The notes under the pieces are model-generated. The model saw nothing but the letters and a program-made list of their open reading frames with translations, searched no databases and was not told where the DNA came from. This document shows positions 42,143 through 42,761 of a stretch of 42,761 nucleotides of DNA, piece after piece; the first letter of the stretch is position 1; every line of letters starts with the position of its first letter. Position numbers and translations under genes: made by a program. Source of the DNA: Candidatus Levyibacteriota bacterium (GTDB lineage: Bacteria; Patescibacteriota; Microgenomatia; Levybacterales; UBA12049); NCBI GenBank assembly GCA_013816255.1, contig JACDET010000003.1, positions 10,303 through 53,063 on the forward strand. The letters run 5' to 3'.

Positions 42143-42761
42143 TTTAACAGAAGAAACAAGAAATAAATTAAAGATTGGAGTTATTCTTTTTGTGATAGCA
42201 TTTTTCGTTATTTACGGAGTATTTATGTACTTTAAATACGCAACTCCAAAAACTGAAGAGCAAGAAGCAAAGAATAATACTGTAGTGTTTGCACAGCCAA
42301 AATTAACCTTCTTCTCTACTGAGCAAACACTGAATCTTTACCCTGATCGAATAACATTACACGAACCATATTTAATAGTCGTAAGACCTGAGGGTTGGAA
42401 ATCTGAAATTTATAATATGCAAACAAAAAAGAAAGAAAAAGTGGTTAACGAAATCATTTTAGATTATTTTGATGGTAATTCTGTCTACAATAAACAAGGG
42501 CTTGAAACATACTACAATAATAAGAATCTAAGAGTTCTTTGCGATAGAGCTTTTATTAAGTCGTCAAAAGAAGTAGTATGCGTTACAAGAATTGATAAGA
42601 ATAAACCAGAAAACAAAGTTATCACTATAAATACGAAAGATCTTTCTCAGACAGAGCTCCATAGGTCACAGAATGTCATTACAGCCATCTATTATGCTAA
42701 AAATACTCTTTATATCGGTGAGTATGATTTTACCACGCAAAAAGCATCGATAATGGTGAAT
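42135..42761 (+). CDS. Hypothetical single-TM protein (partial, runs off right edge)
   Basis: ATG 42135 MNDLTEETRNKLKIGVILFVIAFFVIYGVFMYF; no stop codon seen in the frame. Confidence 0.7.
   Translation, partial: MNDLTEETRNKLKIGVILFVIAFFVIYGVFMYFKYATPKTEEQEAKNNTVVFAQPKLTFFSTEQTLNLYPDRITLHEPYLIVVRPEGWKSEIYNMQTKKKEKVVNEIILDYFDGNSVYNKQGLETYYNNKNLRVLCDRAFIKSSKEVVCVTRIDKNKPENKVITINTKDLSQTELHRSQNVITAIYYAKNTLYIGEYDFTTQKASIMVN

Larger units (their letters stand above)
25830..42761. mobile_element. Integrative conjugative-type element at tRNA-Leu(GAG); right end outside the window
   Basis: Integrase abutting the tRNA 3' end, plus relaxase-like gene, coupling ATPase, VirB2/B6/B4 homologs and M23 peptidase. 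Confidence 0.85.

Overview
Chromosomal window from a Patescibacteria/CPR bacterium, most likely Microgenomates (inferred from the short ThrS, PPIase-less trigger factor, OB-fold-less PheT, DUF5660/DUF5665-like proteins and leaderless promoters); TGA is used as a stop. The left part (1-25.8 kb) carries thrS-infC-rpmI-rplT, then an aromatic-amino-acid leader-peptide attenuator (YFWFYF), a hypothetical gene, chorismate mutase, an aminotransferase, an ACT-less prephenate dehydratase and pheS-pheT. It also holds a tandem of three promoter/leader-peptide/antiterminator/terminator units, each leader with three Ile codons, in front of ilvA-ridA, a divergent 533-aa ATP-grasp-like protein and an M20 peptidase. 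Further features are a RAYT with 40-bp inverted flanks, many GTCAT...ATGAC REP/REPIN elements (one in-frame inside pheS) and four tRNAs (Val-GAC, Leu-TAG, Leu-CAG, Leu-GAG). The right part (25.8 kb to the end) is an integrative conjugative-type element at tRNA-Leu(GAG): a large serine recombinase reading antisense into the tRNA, a Replic_Relax-like relaxase, Fic, a coupling protein, cargo genes and a VirB2/VirB6/VirB3-like/VirB4/M23 operon running off the window. The strongest candidate for an undescribed system is the Ile-leader-controlled ilvA-ridA / ATP-grasp / M20 cluster. All calls come from reading motifs by eye; no database searches or folding programs were run.
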